This document shows, in pieces, positions 19,683-30,002 of a stretch of DNA of 64,000 nucleotides. Made by a program: the position numbers and the translations under genes. The DNA is taken from positions 2,787 to 66,786 of the forward strand of contig CAVXTE010000102.1 of assembly GCA_963764475.1 (NCBI GenBank), given 5' to 3'. The notes under the pieces were generated by a model. That model had not been told where the DNA came from and made no database searches. It saw nothing but the letters and a program-made list of their open reading frames with translations. This stretch comes from an uncultured Bacteroidales bacterium. GTDB taxonomy: Bacteria; Bacteroidota; Bacteroidia; Bacteroidales; JAADJA01. Numbering within the stretch: the stretch's first letter is position 1; every line of letters begins with the position of its first letter.

Positions 19683-20219
19683 TTATTTATTTCCGCTGTC
19701 AGGTGCTTTTCTGGCTTTTCCTTCAAGGTAAGGCTTAAAAGCATTCGGGTTTTGAACGGATGAAGCTTCAAATTTAATCGTTACGCGGGTACTATCGATG
19801 GGTACATACGAAAGACGGAATACGGGGCCTTTCTCAACCGTTGTGCTCGTGAAGACAAAGGAATGTTCAGGGTAAGTAATGTCGTAATTGATCGTGTGGC
19901 CTTCATTGTCGAAATAAATCGCTTTTGAGGGTGTACCATTCCCGCCTCCGTAAATGATCATCAGGTCATCGTGGATGCGTTCAGGTTTGCCGTTATCCGA
20001 AGGGTAAACGGTATGGCTTTTTCGTATCAATACATTCTCGTCGAGGTCGGTATGAAAAGAAAAGTTACCATTTGCTGAGCCTGGTTTTCCACTACCCTCT
20101 CCTACCCAGTCGCCGATCAGGTATTTCCATTTATCCCAGCGCACATCCGGTTCCTGGCTATACGCAATATAAGAAAGCAGAAGTGTTGCGAACAGGGTTA
20201 TGATTTTGATCCACCTCAT
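19683..20219 (-). CDS. Secreted hypothetical protein
   Basis: 178 aa with a signal peptide. I recognise no motif. Confidence 0.5.
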   Translation of the reverse strand: MRWIKIITLFATLLLSYIAYSQEPDVRWDKWKYLIGDWVGEGSGKPGSANGNFSFHTDLDENVLIRKSHTVYPSDNGKPERIHDDLMIIYGGGNGTPSKAIYFDNEGHTINYDITYPEHSFVFTSTTVEKGPVFRLSYVPIDSTRVTIKFEASSVQNPNAFKPYLEGKARKAPDSGNK

Positions 20220-20268
20220 GATTCAACCGTGTTTTAATTATTTATGAAATTCAGGCTGTAAAATTACG

Positions 20269-20961
20269 CTATTTACCGATTAAGAAATTCACTCCTGCTG
20301 TGAGGTTCACCATTCCGAATTTCTGTTCGATATTGGCCGTTTCACCGCCAAGGTTGACTTCGAATTTCGGTTTGGCACCGGTATAAGCGGCCTGGAGTGA
20401 AATCCCGATCCGGTGCGACAGATTATACCTGAAACCTGCGCCGGCCATGACAGAGAACTTTGAGGCACTGGCCCCTTCCGTACTTCTATGCTGCAAAGAT
20501 GAATCGATCGCTGTGTTGTAAGTAATGGATTGTTTAGGCCATTTGGCGGCAAACCGGCCGGCAAGCAGTTTAAAGGTAAGTGCCAGGTGACCGGACAGCG
20601 GAATGTTGCCATAAATGCCGGCCATTAATGTAGTAACTTTATAAGGATCGGACGTATATGTGGCACTTACGATTCCCTGTTCCCCTGCCTTTATCCTTGA
20701 TAAAGCCGATTCGTCAAGGGCATGTGTGCTGTACCCCCAGTTTGCGCCGATACCGAAATTCGGGGAAAAGAACCAGGCGCCTTCAGCAAAATAATTGAGG
20801 CCCAGCTTAGCAAAGCCGTCATTGGTCAGGTCCCTGGTGCCAGCATAGTCGCCGGTGGGAAACGACGGCCCCGCATTTACAGAAATAAACGAAGGTTTTG
20901 TTTGTGTGAATCCTGCAAGGCCTATGAACAACAGGATCACGAACATCAATATTTTTTTCAT
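20269..20961 (-). CDS. Outer-membrane beta-barrel protein
   Basis: Signal peptide, alternating-pattern strands and a terminal NFLIGK region. Confidence 0.6.
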   Translation of the reverse strand: MKKILMFVILLFIGLAGFTQTKPSFISVNAGPSFPTGDYAGTRDLTNDGFAKLGLNYFAEGAWFFSPNFGIGANWGYSTHALDESALSRIKAGEQGIVSATYTSDPYKVTTLMAGIYGNIPLSGHLALTFKLLAGRFAAKWPKQSITYNTAIDSSLQHRSTEGASASKFSVMAGAGFRYNLSHRIGISLQAAYTGAKPKFEVNLGGETANIEQKFGMVNLTAGVNFLIGK

Positions 20962-21249
20962 ACGGCAAGTTTAATTTTCAATAAACTTAATTTTGGAAGG
21001 ACCAAAGTATAAAAAAATATATGTTTGCTACCAGCTGCTTCAAAATTGTTATCACCAGAAATATAAACAATATAGTCAGGGTCTATTCGTAAATTTCAGC
21101 TTTAATCTAAATCCATTATTATTTGCAAGTTCTGCTTAATTAGGCCTGTTAATTCTCCCAAAATTCGGCTTAGGTTCAACCTAAGTCGAACATATCGCCT
21201 GAGGGTGCGGGGAAATTTGTATGCCATTTTATTCTGTTGTCCAACTAAA

Positions 21250-21861
21250 TCAACTCCTACTAGATAGAATATGTTTCTTTTCTACTTCAAACTCTTCTTT
21301 GGTTAATACACCTTTTTCAAAAAGAGTATTTAACTTTTCAAGCTTATCAACTCTACTTTCACTTATTGTTTTCTCAGGATGAATGGTTGGTAACTTATAT
21401 TGGTTTCTAACAAACTCTTTATATTCATCGGTCTCTCTCAAATAGGCCAATTCCATATTTGAATTTATTTTTTCAAAATCTTTATAGCCATCTCGAATAG
21501 AAGATGCTAAATAAACCAGGGCTCTCTCTCTATCCTTTTTTAAAGAATAAAGTCTTGATAGTTTAAAATTTGTCAAAGGAGCCTTTTCTGAGTATTTTAA
21601 AGCTTCTTCGTATTTTTCAATTGCTTGTTCTATTTTATTGTTTTTCCATAAGCTGTCACCTTCTTTTATTAATCTCACTAAAGTCGGGCTAAGTTGCTTT
21701 GATACTAATTTCTTATCAGAATTAAATGTGATAAATAATCCTAATAATGGTGATAAAAAAAGTGATAAAAAGAATGCCCCTGCGAAGCCAATCTTTCTAT
21801 TATTTCCAACAGCACCCGCTACAAAGCAGAAGACAATCCAAGAAAAAATACCAATTGCCAT
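21250..21861 (-). CDS. Membrane protein with TPR-like region and C-terminal SHOCT domain
   Basis: Two N-terminal TM helices. The C-terminal LEKLNTLFEKGVLTKEEFEVEKKHIL matches the SHOCT pattern. The gene is very AT-rich (hand count 29% GC over 21301-21400). Confidence 0.6.
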   Translation of the reverse strand: MAIGIFSWIVFCFVAGAVGNNRKIGFAGAFFLSLFLSPLLGLFITFNSDKKLVSKQLSPTLVRLIKEGDSLWKNNKIEQAIEKYEEALKYSEKAPLTNFKLSRLYSLKKDRERALVYLASSIRDGYKDFEKINSNMELAYLRETDEYKEFVRNQYKLPTIHPEKTISESRVDKLEKLNTLFEKGVLTKEEFEVEKKHILSSRS

Positions 21862-22044
21862 ATCGTTTAAATTTTTTTTATTCTTGAGATAAATACTATC
21901 CTAATTAATATCTAATATTGATATAGAGTTTCAAACCTACCGCCACCGGTCCCGGAATGCAAAAAAAGACGGACTTCAAAGCCCAGCCTTCTCCACACTC
22001 ACTGATTCTTTTCATTCTTTATTAAATTCTTCATTGTAATTTCA

Positions 22045-22102
22045 GGTTTTGCTTCTTCAATTCTTTGCTTGTTTTCGTGTGGCTAATGTAACTATTTTTT
22101 GA
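22045..22102 (-). repeat. 58-nt conserved module, copy A
   Basis: GGTTTTGCTTC-N8-TnTGCTTGTTTT(C)GTGTGGCTAATGTAA-N3-TTTTTTGA. About 45 of 58 positions are identical to 59381-59438. On the minus strand an ATGAA lies 10 nt downstream (22034). Confidence 0.7.
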
Positions 22103-22470
22103 AACAGAGAAATAGTTTTCTATTCGTTTTATTAAATCAACCGCCTCATTGCGCGAAACCTTTGAATGGCCTTGCGGGTTGGGGTTTCAAAGGAATCTGT
22201 TAACTTTAAAAGCAGGCGAGTTGGAAACGTCTCAATTGTCCTTTGAGTGACTTTGTGACATTCTTTGTGAATCTTAATGGTTGAGTTAAGAATTTGAACC
22301 ACAACGGATCACAATGTTCACACCAGGGCTCACTAAGTTATAAACGAAAAAAATATCAACTTTTAAGACAACCTCTTCTCCCGCTCGAATATAGGAATCG
22401 TAAAAAACTGTGTTAAAATCCAAAATTCATTAAATAAAATTCTCTCGTACTGCTTCATAAAATTATTGCC

Positions 22471-22478
22471 TAATTTTG
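22471..22478 (+). promoter_or_regulatory. Bacteroidetes -7 promoter box (TAATTTTG) for tig
   Basis: TAnnTTTG match ending 27 nt upstream of the ATG at 22505. It overlaps the ORF-track TTG start, which argues against that start. Confidence 0.45.
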
Positions 22479-22504
22479 CTGCCCGAAAATTTAAACAACA
22501 TTTG

Positions 22505-23884
22505 ATGAACATTACACAGGAAAGCACAGGAAATCTGACGGCAACAATAAAAATTGAACTGTCACCGGAGGATTATAACGAAAAGGTTATGAAAAGCCTG
22601 AAAGAGCTGCAGCACAAATCTACACTGAAAGGTTTCAGGCCGGGCAAAGTTCCTTTCGGAATGATAAAGAAAATGTATGAAAAAGGCGTTCTGGCCGAAG
22701 AGGTCAATAAAATTCTTTCTGAAGCATTGAACAATTATATCGTCGAAAACAAACTGGAAATACTTGGCTATCCGTTGACCAACGAAGAAAAAAACAAGGA
22801 CATCGATTTTGAGAACAGCGATCACTTTACATTTTATTTTGACATCGGACTGACACCTTCCTTCGAGCTTGAAATTTCGGATAAAACCGAAGCAGATTTT
22901 TATGATATAAAAGTTGAGGATAAGATTGTCGACAGCTATGTTGAAGAAACCAGGAAACGGCACGGCCTGCAAATCCACCCCGAAACGATCGAAGAAGAAG
23001 ACATGGTAACGGGTGAATTTATCCAGCTCGATGAACAGGGTGTTGTCCTGGAAAACGGGATACAGCATCCGGGCTCATTTTTAGTGAACTTTTTGAAAGA
23101 TGAAGCGATTAAGAAAGAAATTCTCGGTAAAAAACCCGGAGATAAACTGCGCTTCAATCCACTAAAGGCAACAGGGAATGTATACGACACTGCCCATATG
23201 CTCGGAATAACAAAAGAAGTAGCAGAAAAACTGGAATCGGATTTTGAATTCACGATCGGTGAAATAACCCGGACAGAGCCTGTTGCCATTGACAAAGAGC
23301 TTTTTACAAAAGTATATCCCGGTGAAGGTATCGAAACCGAAGAACAATTCAGGGAAAAATTACGCAACGAAGCAAAAAGCTATTACCAGAAAGAAAGCGA
23401 AAATTTTTTCGTTCACAATACACTCGAAAAGCTCATTCATGATACAAAAATAGACCTGCCGGATGAATTCGTGAAGCGCTGGCTGGTTGAATCGGACGAA
23501 AAGATAACTGCTGAGTCGCTGGAGAAGAACTATGCTTCCTATGCCGATTCACTCAGGCAGCAACTGGTAGTTGACAAGATTGCAAAGGACAACAACATCA
23601 AGATCGAACATGAGGATGTCAGAAATCACATCAAAGGTTATTTTTCGACACAGTATAAATTTGACACTGAAAATGAGGAAAGCTCCAAACAGCTTGATAC
23701 CATTACCGATTCCATCATGAAAAACAAAGAAGAGGTGAACAAGATTTATGACGAGTTGTTTGATAAGCAAATCCGCGAACTCTTTAAAGAGAAGCTGAAG
23801 TTGAACACAAAAGAAGTAACGTACGAAGAATTTATGAAACAAGTTAATGAACACCATAAAACGCATCACCATGAACATGAATAA
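22505..23884 (+). CDS. tig: Trigger factor
   Basis: The N-terminus MNITQESTGNLTATIKIEL is typical of trigger factor, and the gene sits upstream of clpP-clpX. It has a His-rich C-terminal tail, HHKTHHHEHE. Confidence 0.85.
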   Translation: MNITQESTGNLTATIKIELSPEDYNEKVMKSLKELQHKSTLKGFRPGKVPFGMIKKMYEKGVLAEEVNKILSEALNNYIVENKLEILGYPLTNEEKNKDIDFENSDHFTFYFDIGLTPSFELEISDKTEADFYDIKVEDKIVDSYVEETRKRHGLQIHPETIEEEDMVTGEFIQLDEQGVVLENGIQHPGSFLVNFLKDEAIKKEILGKKPGDKLRFNPLKATGNVYDTAHMLGITKEVAEKLESDFEFTIGEITRTEPVAIDKELFTKVYPGEGIETEEQFREKLRNEAKSYYQKESENFFVHNTLEKLIHDTKIDLPDEFVKRWLVESDEKITAESLEKNYASYADSLRQQLVVDKIAKDNNIKIEHEDVRNHIKGYFSTQYKFDTENEESSKQLDTITDSIMKNKEEVNKIYDELFDKQIRELFKEKLKLNTKEVTYEEFMKQVNEHHKTHHHEHE

Positions 23885-24551
23885 TGAATTCAGAAAATAT
23901 GCTGTAAAGCACAGAGGTCTTAACAGTCAGGGTTTAGATAGCTATATCACATCAGCGAATAATTACATTTCACCTACGATTATCGAGGAAAGGCAGTTGA
24001 ACATTGCAACCATGGATGTTTTTTCGCGGCTGATGATGGACAGGATCATCTTTCTGGGTGTTCCGATCGATGATTATGTAGCCAATATCATTCAGGCCCA
24101 GCTTCTGTTCCTTGAATCTGTAGATTCCAATAAAGATATTCAGATTTACCTGAATACACCGGGCGGCGGTGTGTATGCCGGACTCGGCATTTACGATACC
24201 ATGCAATACATCAATCCACATGTAGCCACAATCTGTACCGGTGTTGCCGCATCGATGGGTGCCGTATTGCTGTGTGCGGGAGAAAAGGGAAAACGAACGG
24301 CCCTCCCCCATTCGCGGATTCTTATCCACCAGCCGATGGGCGGTGTGGAAGGCCAGGCATCGGATATTGAAATTACAGCACGTGAAATTCAAAAACTGAA
24401 AAAGGAATTGTACGAGATTATCGCCAAACACAGTGGACAGACCTATAAAAAAATCTGGTCCGATTCGGATCGTGACTACTGGATGACAGCCGCCGAAGCA
24501 AAGGACTATGGAATGATCGATGAAGTGCTGGTGAGAACGGAGAAAAAGTAA
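23877..24551 (+). CDS. clpP: ATP-dependent Clp protease proteolytic subunit
   Basis: Motifs GVAASMGAVLL (Ser) and ILIHQPMGG (His). The MNNEFRKYA start was chosen, so it overlaps the tig stop by 8 nt. Confidence 0.9.
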   Translation: MNNEFRKYAVKHRGLNSQGLDSYITSANNYISPTIIEERQLNIATMDVFSRLMMDRIIFLGVPIDDYVANIIQAQLLFLESVDSNKDIQIYLNTPGGGVYAGLGIYDTMQYINPHVATICTGVAASMGAVLLCAGEKGKRTALPHSRILIHQPMGGVEGQASDIEITAREIQKLKKELYEIIAKHSGQTYKKIWSDSDRDYWMTAAEAKDYGMIDEVLVRTEKK

Positions 24552-24574
24552 TTTATTTGGCAACAAAATTTTAC

Positions 24575-24582
24575 TAACTTTG
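24575..24582 (+). promoter_or_regulatory. Bacteroidetes -7 promoter box (TAACTTTG) for clpX
   Basis: TAnnTTTG match, with a TTTG at 24556-24559 upstream. Confidence 0.4.
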
Positions 24583-24612
24583 TATAATCATCATTGAATA
24601 CAAGGAACTCAA

Positions 24613-25851
24613 ATGGTAAAAAAAACTGAAAGATGTTCGTTTTGCGGACGTGAGAAAGCCCAGACCAATGTGCTGATTGCCGGCCTTGATGCACACATTT
24701 GCGATTATTGCGTGGTTCAGGCGCAAAGCATCATTAGTGAAGAGCTAACTACAAAAACTCACAGGCAATTCAGTAAAATCGATCTCCAGAAGCCGATGGA
24801 GATAAAAAAATACATCGACAACTTTGTCATCGGGCAGGATGAGGCGAAAATCATCCTTGCCGTTGCCGTTTACAATCATTACAAACGGATAACCCAACCT
24901 GTTTCAAAAGCAAAAGATGACGAGGTCGAAATTGAAAAATCAAATATCATTTTTGTGGGTGAAACAGGAACAGGAAAAACGCTGATGGCCCGCACCATTG
25001 CTAAAATGCTGAAAGTTCCTTTCTGCATTGCTGATGCAACGGTACTTACTGAGGCCGGATATGTGGGAGAAGATGTAGAAAGTATTTTGTCGCGTTTGCT
25101 TCAGGTTGCCGATTACAATGTAGCTGCCGCTGAAAAAGGAATCATATTTATTGATGAAATCGACAAGATTTCGCGGAAAAGTGATAATCCCTCGATTACA
25201 CGCGATGTTTCGGGAGAAGGAGTTCAACAGGCGTTGCTGAAACTTCTTGAGGGTGCGATTGTGAATGTCCCTCCTCAGGGAGGCCGTAAACATCCCGAAC
25301 AAAAAATGATACAGATCGATACGCGAAACATTCTTTTCATCGCAGGAGGTGCTTTCGACGGAATTGAAAAAATAATTGCCTCACGGCTCCGAACCAATGT
25401 AATCGGATACATGACCAGTACGGATCAGGCAAACGTCGACAAAGAAAACATCCTGCAGTATATTTCGCCTCCCGATCTTAAAAAATTCGGATTAATACCT
25501 GAAATTGTCGGAAGGATGCCGGTTGTGACTTTTTTACATCCGCTGACACGACCTATATTACGTAGAATCCTTACTGAACCGAAAAATTCGCTGATAAAAC
25601 AATATACCAAATTGTTCGAAATGGATGGGATAAAACTTCAGTTTGATGAGGAGGTTCTTGAATTTATTGTTGACAAAGCCATTGAATTCAAGCTTGGTGC
25701 AAGGGGATTGCGTTCCATTGTCGAAGGAATACTGACGGATGCAATGTTCGAACTACCATCTGAAAAATCGACCCATGAACTTCACATTTCACTGACTTAT
25801 GCCCGGGATAAATTCAGCAAGACAAATTTGACCAAGCTAAAAGTGGCTTGA
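24613..25851 (+). CDS. clpX: ATP-dependent Clp protease ATP-binding subunit ClpX
   Basis: N-terminal zinc finger CSFCG...CDYC and Walker A GETGTGKT. The IFIDEIDK segment is also present. Confidence 0.92.
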   Translation: MVKKTERCSFCGREKAQTNVLIAGLDAHICDYCVVQAQSIISEELTTKTHRQFSKIDLQKPMEIKKYIDNFVIGQDEAKIILAVAVYNHYKRITQPVSKAKDDEVEIEKSNIIFVGETGTGKTLMARTIAKMLKVPFCIADATVLTEAGYVGEDVESILSRLLQVADYNVAAAEKGIIFIDEIDKISRKSDNPSITRDVSGEGVQQALLKLLEGAIVNVPPQGGRKHPEQKMIQIDTRNILFIAGGAFDGIEKIIASRLRTNVIGYMTSTDQANVDKENILQYISPPDLKKFGLIPEIVGRMPVVTFLHPLTRPILRRILTEPKNSLIKQYTKLFEMDGIKLQFDEEVLEFIVDKAIEFKLGARGLRSIVEGILTDAMFELPSEKSTHELHISLTYARDKFSKTNLTKLKVA

Positions 25852-25960
25852 TATTCTGCCGGAAGCATACACTTTTTTATTGTTTTCTTTGTTTACATTA
25901 AAACATGCCTGTAAAAAGTTCGATTGGCATAATAATTGAATTTTCAAGCGAAAATTTTAT

Positions 25961-26545
25961 ATGAAGAAAATTCTTTTAATAGTGTTTCTTTTTGCAATGG
26001 TCTTTTCTTCGGTATATTCACAAAAACCGGTTCAATATGTTATAAAAGCCTTTGTTATCGGCGGCGATACTACGCTGATCATCGACCTGCCTGAATACGG
26101 CGTGAATGCAAAAATGACCCGGAAAATAAGAAAACAGATAAAAAGGAATGAAAGACTTGTATACAATGTAAAAAAGGTGTATCCCTATGCCAGGCTGGCC
26201 GGAATTAAGCTTAATGAATATGAAGTCCTGTTGAAAAAAGCTCAGAATGACATTGAACGGAAAAAGTTAATGAAACAGGCCGAATCGGAATTACGCGATC
26301 AGTTTGAAGGTGATATCCGTAAACTCACATTCACACAGGGAATCATTCTTATTAAACTGATCGACCGTGAAACCGGGAACTCCTCCTATTCGCTGATTCA
26401 GGAATTACGGGGTAAATTTACGGCCTTTTTCTGGCAAACCCTGGCGCGAATTTTTGATTATAACCTTAAGGAAGAATACGATCCTACCGGCAGGGATAAA
26501 GATATTGAAGAAATCGTGGTGATGATCGAACACGGGCAAATTTGA
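25961..26545 (+). CDS. Secreted hypothetical protein (DUF4294-like)
   Basis: 194 aa with a signal peptide. The family assignment is from memory only. Confidence 0.45.
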   Translation: MKKILLIVFLFAMVFSSVYSQKPVQYVIKAFVIGGDTTLIIDLPEYGVNAKMTRKIRKQIKRNERLVYNVKKVYPYARLAGIKLNEYEVLLKKAQNDIERKKLMKQAESELRDQFEGDIRKLTFTQGIILIKLIDRETGNSSYSLIQELRGKFTAFFWQTLARIFDYNLKEEYDPTGRDKDIEEIVVMIEHGQI

Positions 26546-26586
26546 TTCTTTCTTTTTTTGGAAACCGCAAAGCAATTCCTCGGAAA

Positions 26587-28002
26587 TTATTTTCCTCTCC
26601 CCTGAATGACGATTATGATTGTGTAAATCAAAATTTTCAAATCCATGGCAAGCGACATGTTTTCGATATACAGGATATCGTACTTCAACCGTTCGATCAT
26701 TTCATCCACTGTTGATGCATAGCCAAATTTAACCTGGCCCCATGATGTGATACCGGGCTTTACTTTATGCAGTAACCTGTAATGCGGGGCACGTTTCATG
26801 ATCAAATCAATGTAATACTGCCTTTCGGGACGAGGTCCTACGATTGACATTTCGCCTTTCAATACTGAAAAAAACTGAGGTATTTCATCGAGCCTGACTT
26901 TACGTAAAAATTTGCCAAATGGTGTGATCCGGCTGTCATTTTCTGAAGACAATTGCGGTGTTCCATGTTCGGCATCCAAATACATCGATCTGAATTTATA
27001 CATCATAAAAGGCTTGCCTCCCAAACCGATCCGCTGCTGTTTGAAGATTACAGGCCCGTTTGATGATATTTTAACGCCGATAGCCGTAAAAATATAAACC
27101 GGAGCCAGGATGATCATTGCAATTAATGAAATCAGGATATCAAGGATGCGTTTCAGGCTCATTTGCCAGGCAGGCATTAAGTCGGGTGAAATTTTTATCA
27201 AAGGAGCGTGCCAGATACCTTCCGTTTTTACTGCTCCTGTCAAAAAATCCTGCAGACTGGGAATGATCTTTATAACGACATTGGTATCTTCCAGTTCCGT
27301 GATAATGTGCTCAATTTTATTTTTCTCCGAATGCTCAACAGCGATGATTACTTCTTCAATCTTTTCATCAACAATGATATTTCTCATATCCTTGTAATAT
27401 CCCAGATACGGAAGGTGATCTGCCATCGGGTAGTGATCATTCTTTGTGGCACTTATAAAGCCAATAAACTTATTTCCCGATGAAATTTTTTCATTTTCGA
27501 TTTCATAATATATCTTAACCGCATTTCCGTTACTGCCGACCACAATACTGTTAAATCCAATGATACGCTTGTGGATTTTCCGGTTGGTTCGTGTAGTTAT
27601 CGCCAGCCGGAACGAATAGGTGATCACAAAGTGAAGCATGAATAAAACTGCAAATGATTCATAATACGATTTATACGAGAGGATCACATCATCGAGAATA
27701 AGTGCAAAAAAGATAAAAATCACACCGAAAAAGGTAATAGAAATCGTTTGCCCAAGTTCTTTCAAACGCGATTTTCTGTAGATCTTTCGATATGTACCGA
27801 TGATGACATACAACGTCAGCCAGAAAAGGGGGATGATGACAATCCCGACATAAAGTTTCTGATCGGATAAGATATCCTCAAGATGTTGAAATACTTCCGG
27901 ATCGACAGAATATTTACGGTATATAAAAAAGAGTGACCAGGCTATTGCAGCTGAAAGAATATCGGCAAAAACGTATTTGGCAACTTGCAAATTCTTATTC
28001 AT
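26587..28002 (-). CDS. Polyprenyl-phosphate sugar phosphotransferase (WbaP/WcaJ-type initiating transferase)
   Basis: Multiple N-terminal TM helices. The C-terminal sugar-transferase domain carries RPLIFKQ-like FKQQRIG, KFRSM and PGITSWGQV. The ATG at 28002 overlaps the upstream stop. Confidence 0.8.
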   Translation of the reverse strand: MNKNLQVAKYVFADILSAAIAWSLFFIYRKYSVDPEVFQHLEDILSDQKLYVGIVIIPLFWLTLYVIIGTYRKIYRKSRLKELGQTISITFFGVIFIFFALILDDVILSYKSYYESFAVLFMLHFVITYSFRLAITTRTNRKIHKRIIGFNSIVVGSNGNAVKIYYEIENEKISSGNKFIGFISATKNDHYPMADHLPYLGYYKDMRNIIVDEKIEEVIIAVEHSEKNKIEHIITELEDTNVVIKIIPSLQDFLTGAVKTEGIWHAPLIKISPDLMPAWQMSLKRILDILISLIAMIILAPVYIFTAIGVKISSNGPVIFKQQRIGLGGKPFMMYKFRSMYLDAEHGTPQLSSENDSRITPFGKFLRKVRLDEIPQFFSVLKGEMSIVGPRPERQYYIDLIMKRAPHYRLLHKVKPGITSWGQVKFGYASTVDEMIERLKYDILYIENMSLAMDLKILIYTIIIVIQGRGK

Positions 28003-29008
28003 ATACGCCACTCCTGTGGATTAGTTTAAGATTGTCAACTTTAATAACCGCCAAATCTACAGAAGAAGTTTTTTCGGCCCGGATAAATACATTAAAATAA
28101 GTGGTATTGTAATATGTACTTACCGTAGGGGTAAAATTAATGTATATTTTTTTCCATAGGCCATTGGTAGGATTGAGCACTAACACCGGATGCTGAATAA
28201 TCTGTACACCAACCTCCCTCATAAACAGACCAACTACAGCGGGGACATTTGTGTTATAATCCATTTCGAGAAAAACATACTGACCTGCTTTGGGAAGATC
28301 ATATCCCGGATGGTCGCTATCCCCTGTACTTACTTCAAGGATAGGCCGGTTATCATCCATATAACCAATTCCCGAAGCAAAGCCATAAACCGGGTCGGGT
28401 GGGTCATAGTTCAGTAAAGTAAGTGAAGTATCACTTGCAGCAGTGGGATGCAATGAAATGGAATTTGTTTCAAAATTTTCTGACCAGGCGAAAAAGGTGG
28501 TAGAATAATATTTTACAGAAGGATTTATCGTATCCGTAACACCGGCAACAAATTCATATTCTGTGATGATTTTAGGTTCATAAAAGGGATACGGTCCACG
28601 GGTACCCGACATACCGTTGTATTTGATGCCGGCTGCAAGTGTTAGTTTATGGGGCCCTTCACTCAATACCGGAAATGTAGCTGGAAGTTCAAAAGCCCCG
28701 ACGAGATCGTCATCCACATACGCCCATACATCCTGAATATTTTTAGTTAAATTACCTTCTTCGAGCAATGGATTGTCGACAAGCCGGATACTATCGACGT
28801 GAATGTAAGCCGGAATCGTCTGGTCTCCCTCGAATTTATCGCAGGATGATACCAGTAAGATAAGCAGAATAACAATTTCGGCTGTAAAAATATATCGATT
28901 CAATTTTATGCTTGTTTTGCCGCGAAAGTATAAAAACGATCGGAAAAAATGATTATTGCGGTTAATAAATCTGCAGAACAACCTGTACGGGGGATTTATA
29001 TATGACAA
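27995..29008 (-). CDS. Hypothetical lipoprotein
   Basis: Lipobox LLVSSC. The start is uncertain: the TTG at 28903 would give a canonical signal peptide, MNRYIFTAEIVILLILLVSSC. Confidence 0.5.
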   Translation of the reverse strand: MSYINPPYRLFCRFINRNNHFFRSFLYFRGKTSIKLNRYIFTAEIVILLILLVSSCDKFEGDQTIPAYIHVDSIRLVDNPLLEEGNLTKNIQDVWAYVDDDLVGAFELPATFPVLSEGPHKLTLAAGIKYNGMSGTRGPYPFYEPKIITEYEFVAGVTDTINPSVKYYSTTFFAWSENFETNSISLHPTAASDTSLTLLNYDPPDPVYGFASGIGYMDDNRPILEVSTGDSDHPGYDLPKAGQYVFLEMDYNTNVPAVVGLFMREVGVQIIQHPVLVLNPTNGLWKKIYINFTPTVSTYYNTTYFNVFIRAEKTSSVDLAVIKVDNLKLIHRSGVYE

Positions 29009-29015
29009 CTATCGA

Positions 29016-30002
29016 TCAATTACCAGTTGTATAATTCATCTTTTCCATGATCTTGTAAGCGATATTCAGTGCGGCGTAACCGTCATCAATGGAAACCAGT
29101 GGAGTTTTGTCCTTATTGATAGCTGAAGCAAAGCTTTCAAGTTCGGTTTTGATTGCATTTATCGGTTTGATTTCGGGCTTGTCGAAAATAATCTGTTTTG
29201 TACCCTTGTTCTTTCCGAGGTTAATGAGAATTGCCAGTGGATCCGCATTATCAGGGTCTGCAACATCTTCCATTCTTAAAATTTCAGCTTTTTTCTCAAG
29301 GAAATCAACAGAGATATAGGCATCATTTTGGAAGAACCGTGATTTCCGCATGTTCTTCATTGAAATCCGGCTTGCTGTTAAATTAGCAACACAACCGTTA
29401 TCAAATTCAAGACGGGCGTTGGCAATATCGGGTGTGTCGCTTACTACAGCAACTCCGCTAGCATTGATTTTCCTGATGTTAGATTTTACAACACTAAGAA
29501 CAATATCAATATCGTGAATCATCAGGTCGAGGATCACTGGAACATCGGTGCCCCGTGGATTGAACTGGGCCAACCGGTGTGTTTCGATAAACATGGGTTG
29601 CCTGAAAAAAGGAAGAACAGCAGTGAATGCAGGGTTGAATCGTTCGACATGACCCACCTGGATTTTAACTTTTGCCTCACTCGCCAGTGCAATCAATTGC
29701 TTTGCTTCTTCAGGAGTGTTAACAACCGGTTTTTCGATGAATACATGCTTGAACATTTTTAGTGCGATCGACGCACAATCGAAATGTGAGATGGTGGGGG
29801 TAACAATATCCACAACATCAGAAGCTTCAATAACCGACTGTATGTCCGGCAGGCACGGTATGCCGAATTCTTTTTCAACCTTTGATGCAATTGCCGAATC
29901 AGGATCATAAAACCCGATTAGTTTGAACTCCCGCGATTCGCGTATGCATTTGATATGGATTTTTCCCAAATGACCGGCTCCTAAAACACCTATTTTTAAC
30001 AT
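29016..30002 (-). CDS. Gfo/Idh/MocA-family NAD(P)-dependent oxidoreductase
   Basis: N-terminal Rossmann motif GVLGAGHLGKIH and the family-typical EKP segment. Confidence 0.75.
   Translation of the reverse strand: MLKIGVLGAGHLGKIHIKCIRESREFKLIGFYDPDSAIASKVEKEFGIPCLPDIQSVIEASDVVDIVTPTISHFDCASIALKMFKHVFIEKPVVNTPEEAKQLIALASEAKVKIQVGHVERFNPAFTAVLPFFRQPMFIETHRLAQFNPRGTDVPVILDLMIHDIDIVLSVVKSNIRKINASGVAVVSDTPDIANARLEFDNGCVANLTASRISMKNMRKSRFFQNDAYISVDFLEKKAEILRMEDVADPDNADPLAILINLGKNKGTKQIIFDKPEIKPINAIKTELESFASAINKDKTPLVSIDDGYAALNIAYKIMEKMNYTTGN

Noticed and set aside
21169-21195. Similarity between CTTAGGTTCAACCTAAGTCGAACATAT (21169-21195) and TTAGGCTCAACATAATCGAACACTAT (48466-48490)
   Set aside because: The match is about 21 of 26 with a gap. 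A rough estimate shows matches of this quality are expected by chance among all pairwise positions in an AT-rich 64 kb window.
22562-23878. Several 60-170-aa ORFs antisense to tig
   Set aside because: Trigger factor on the plus strand is well supported. The antisense ORFs have no start context or recognisable features.
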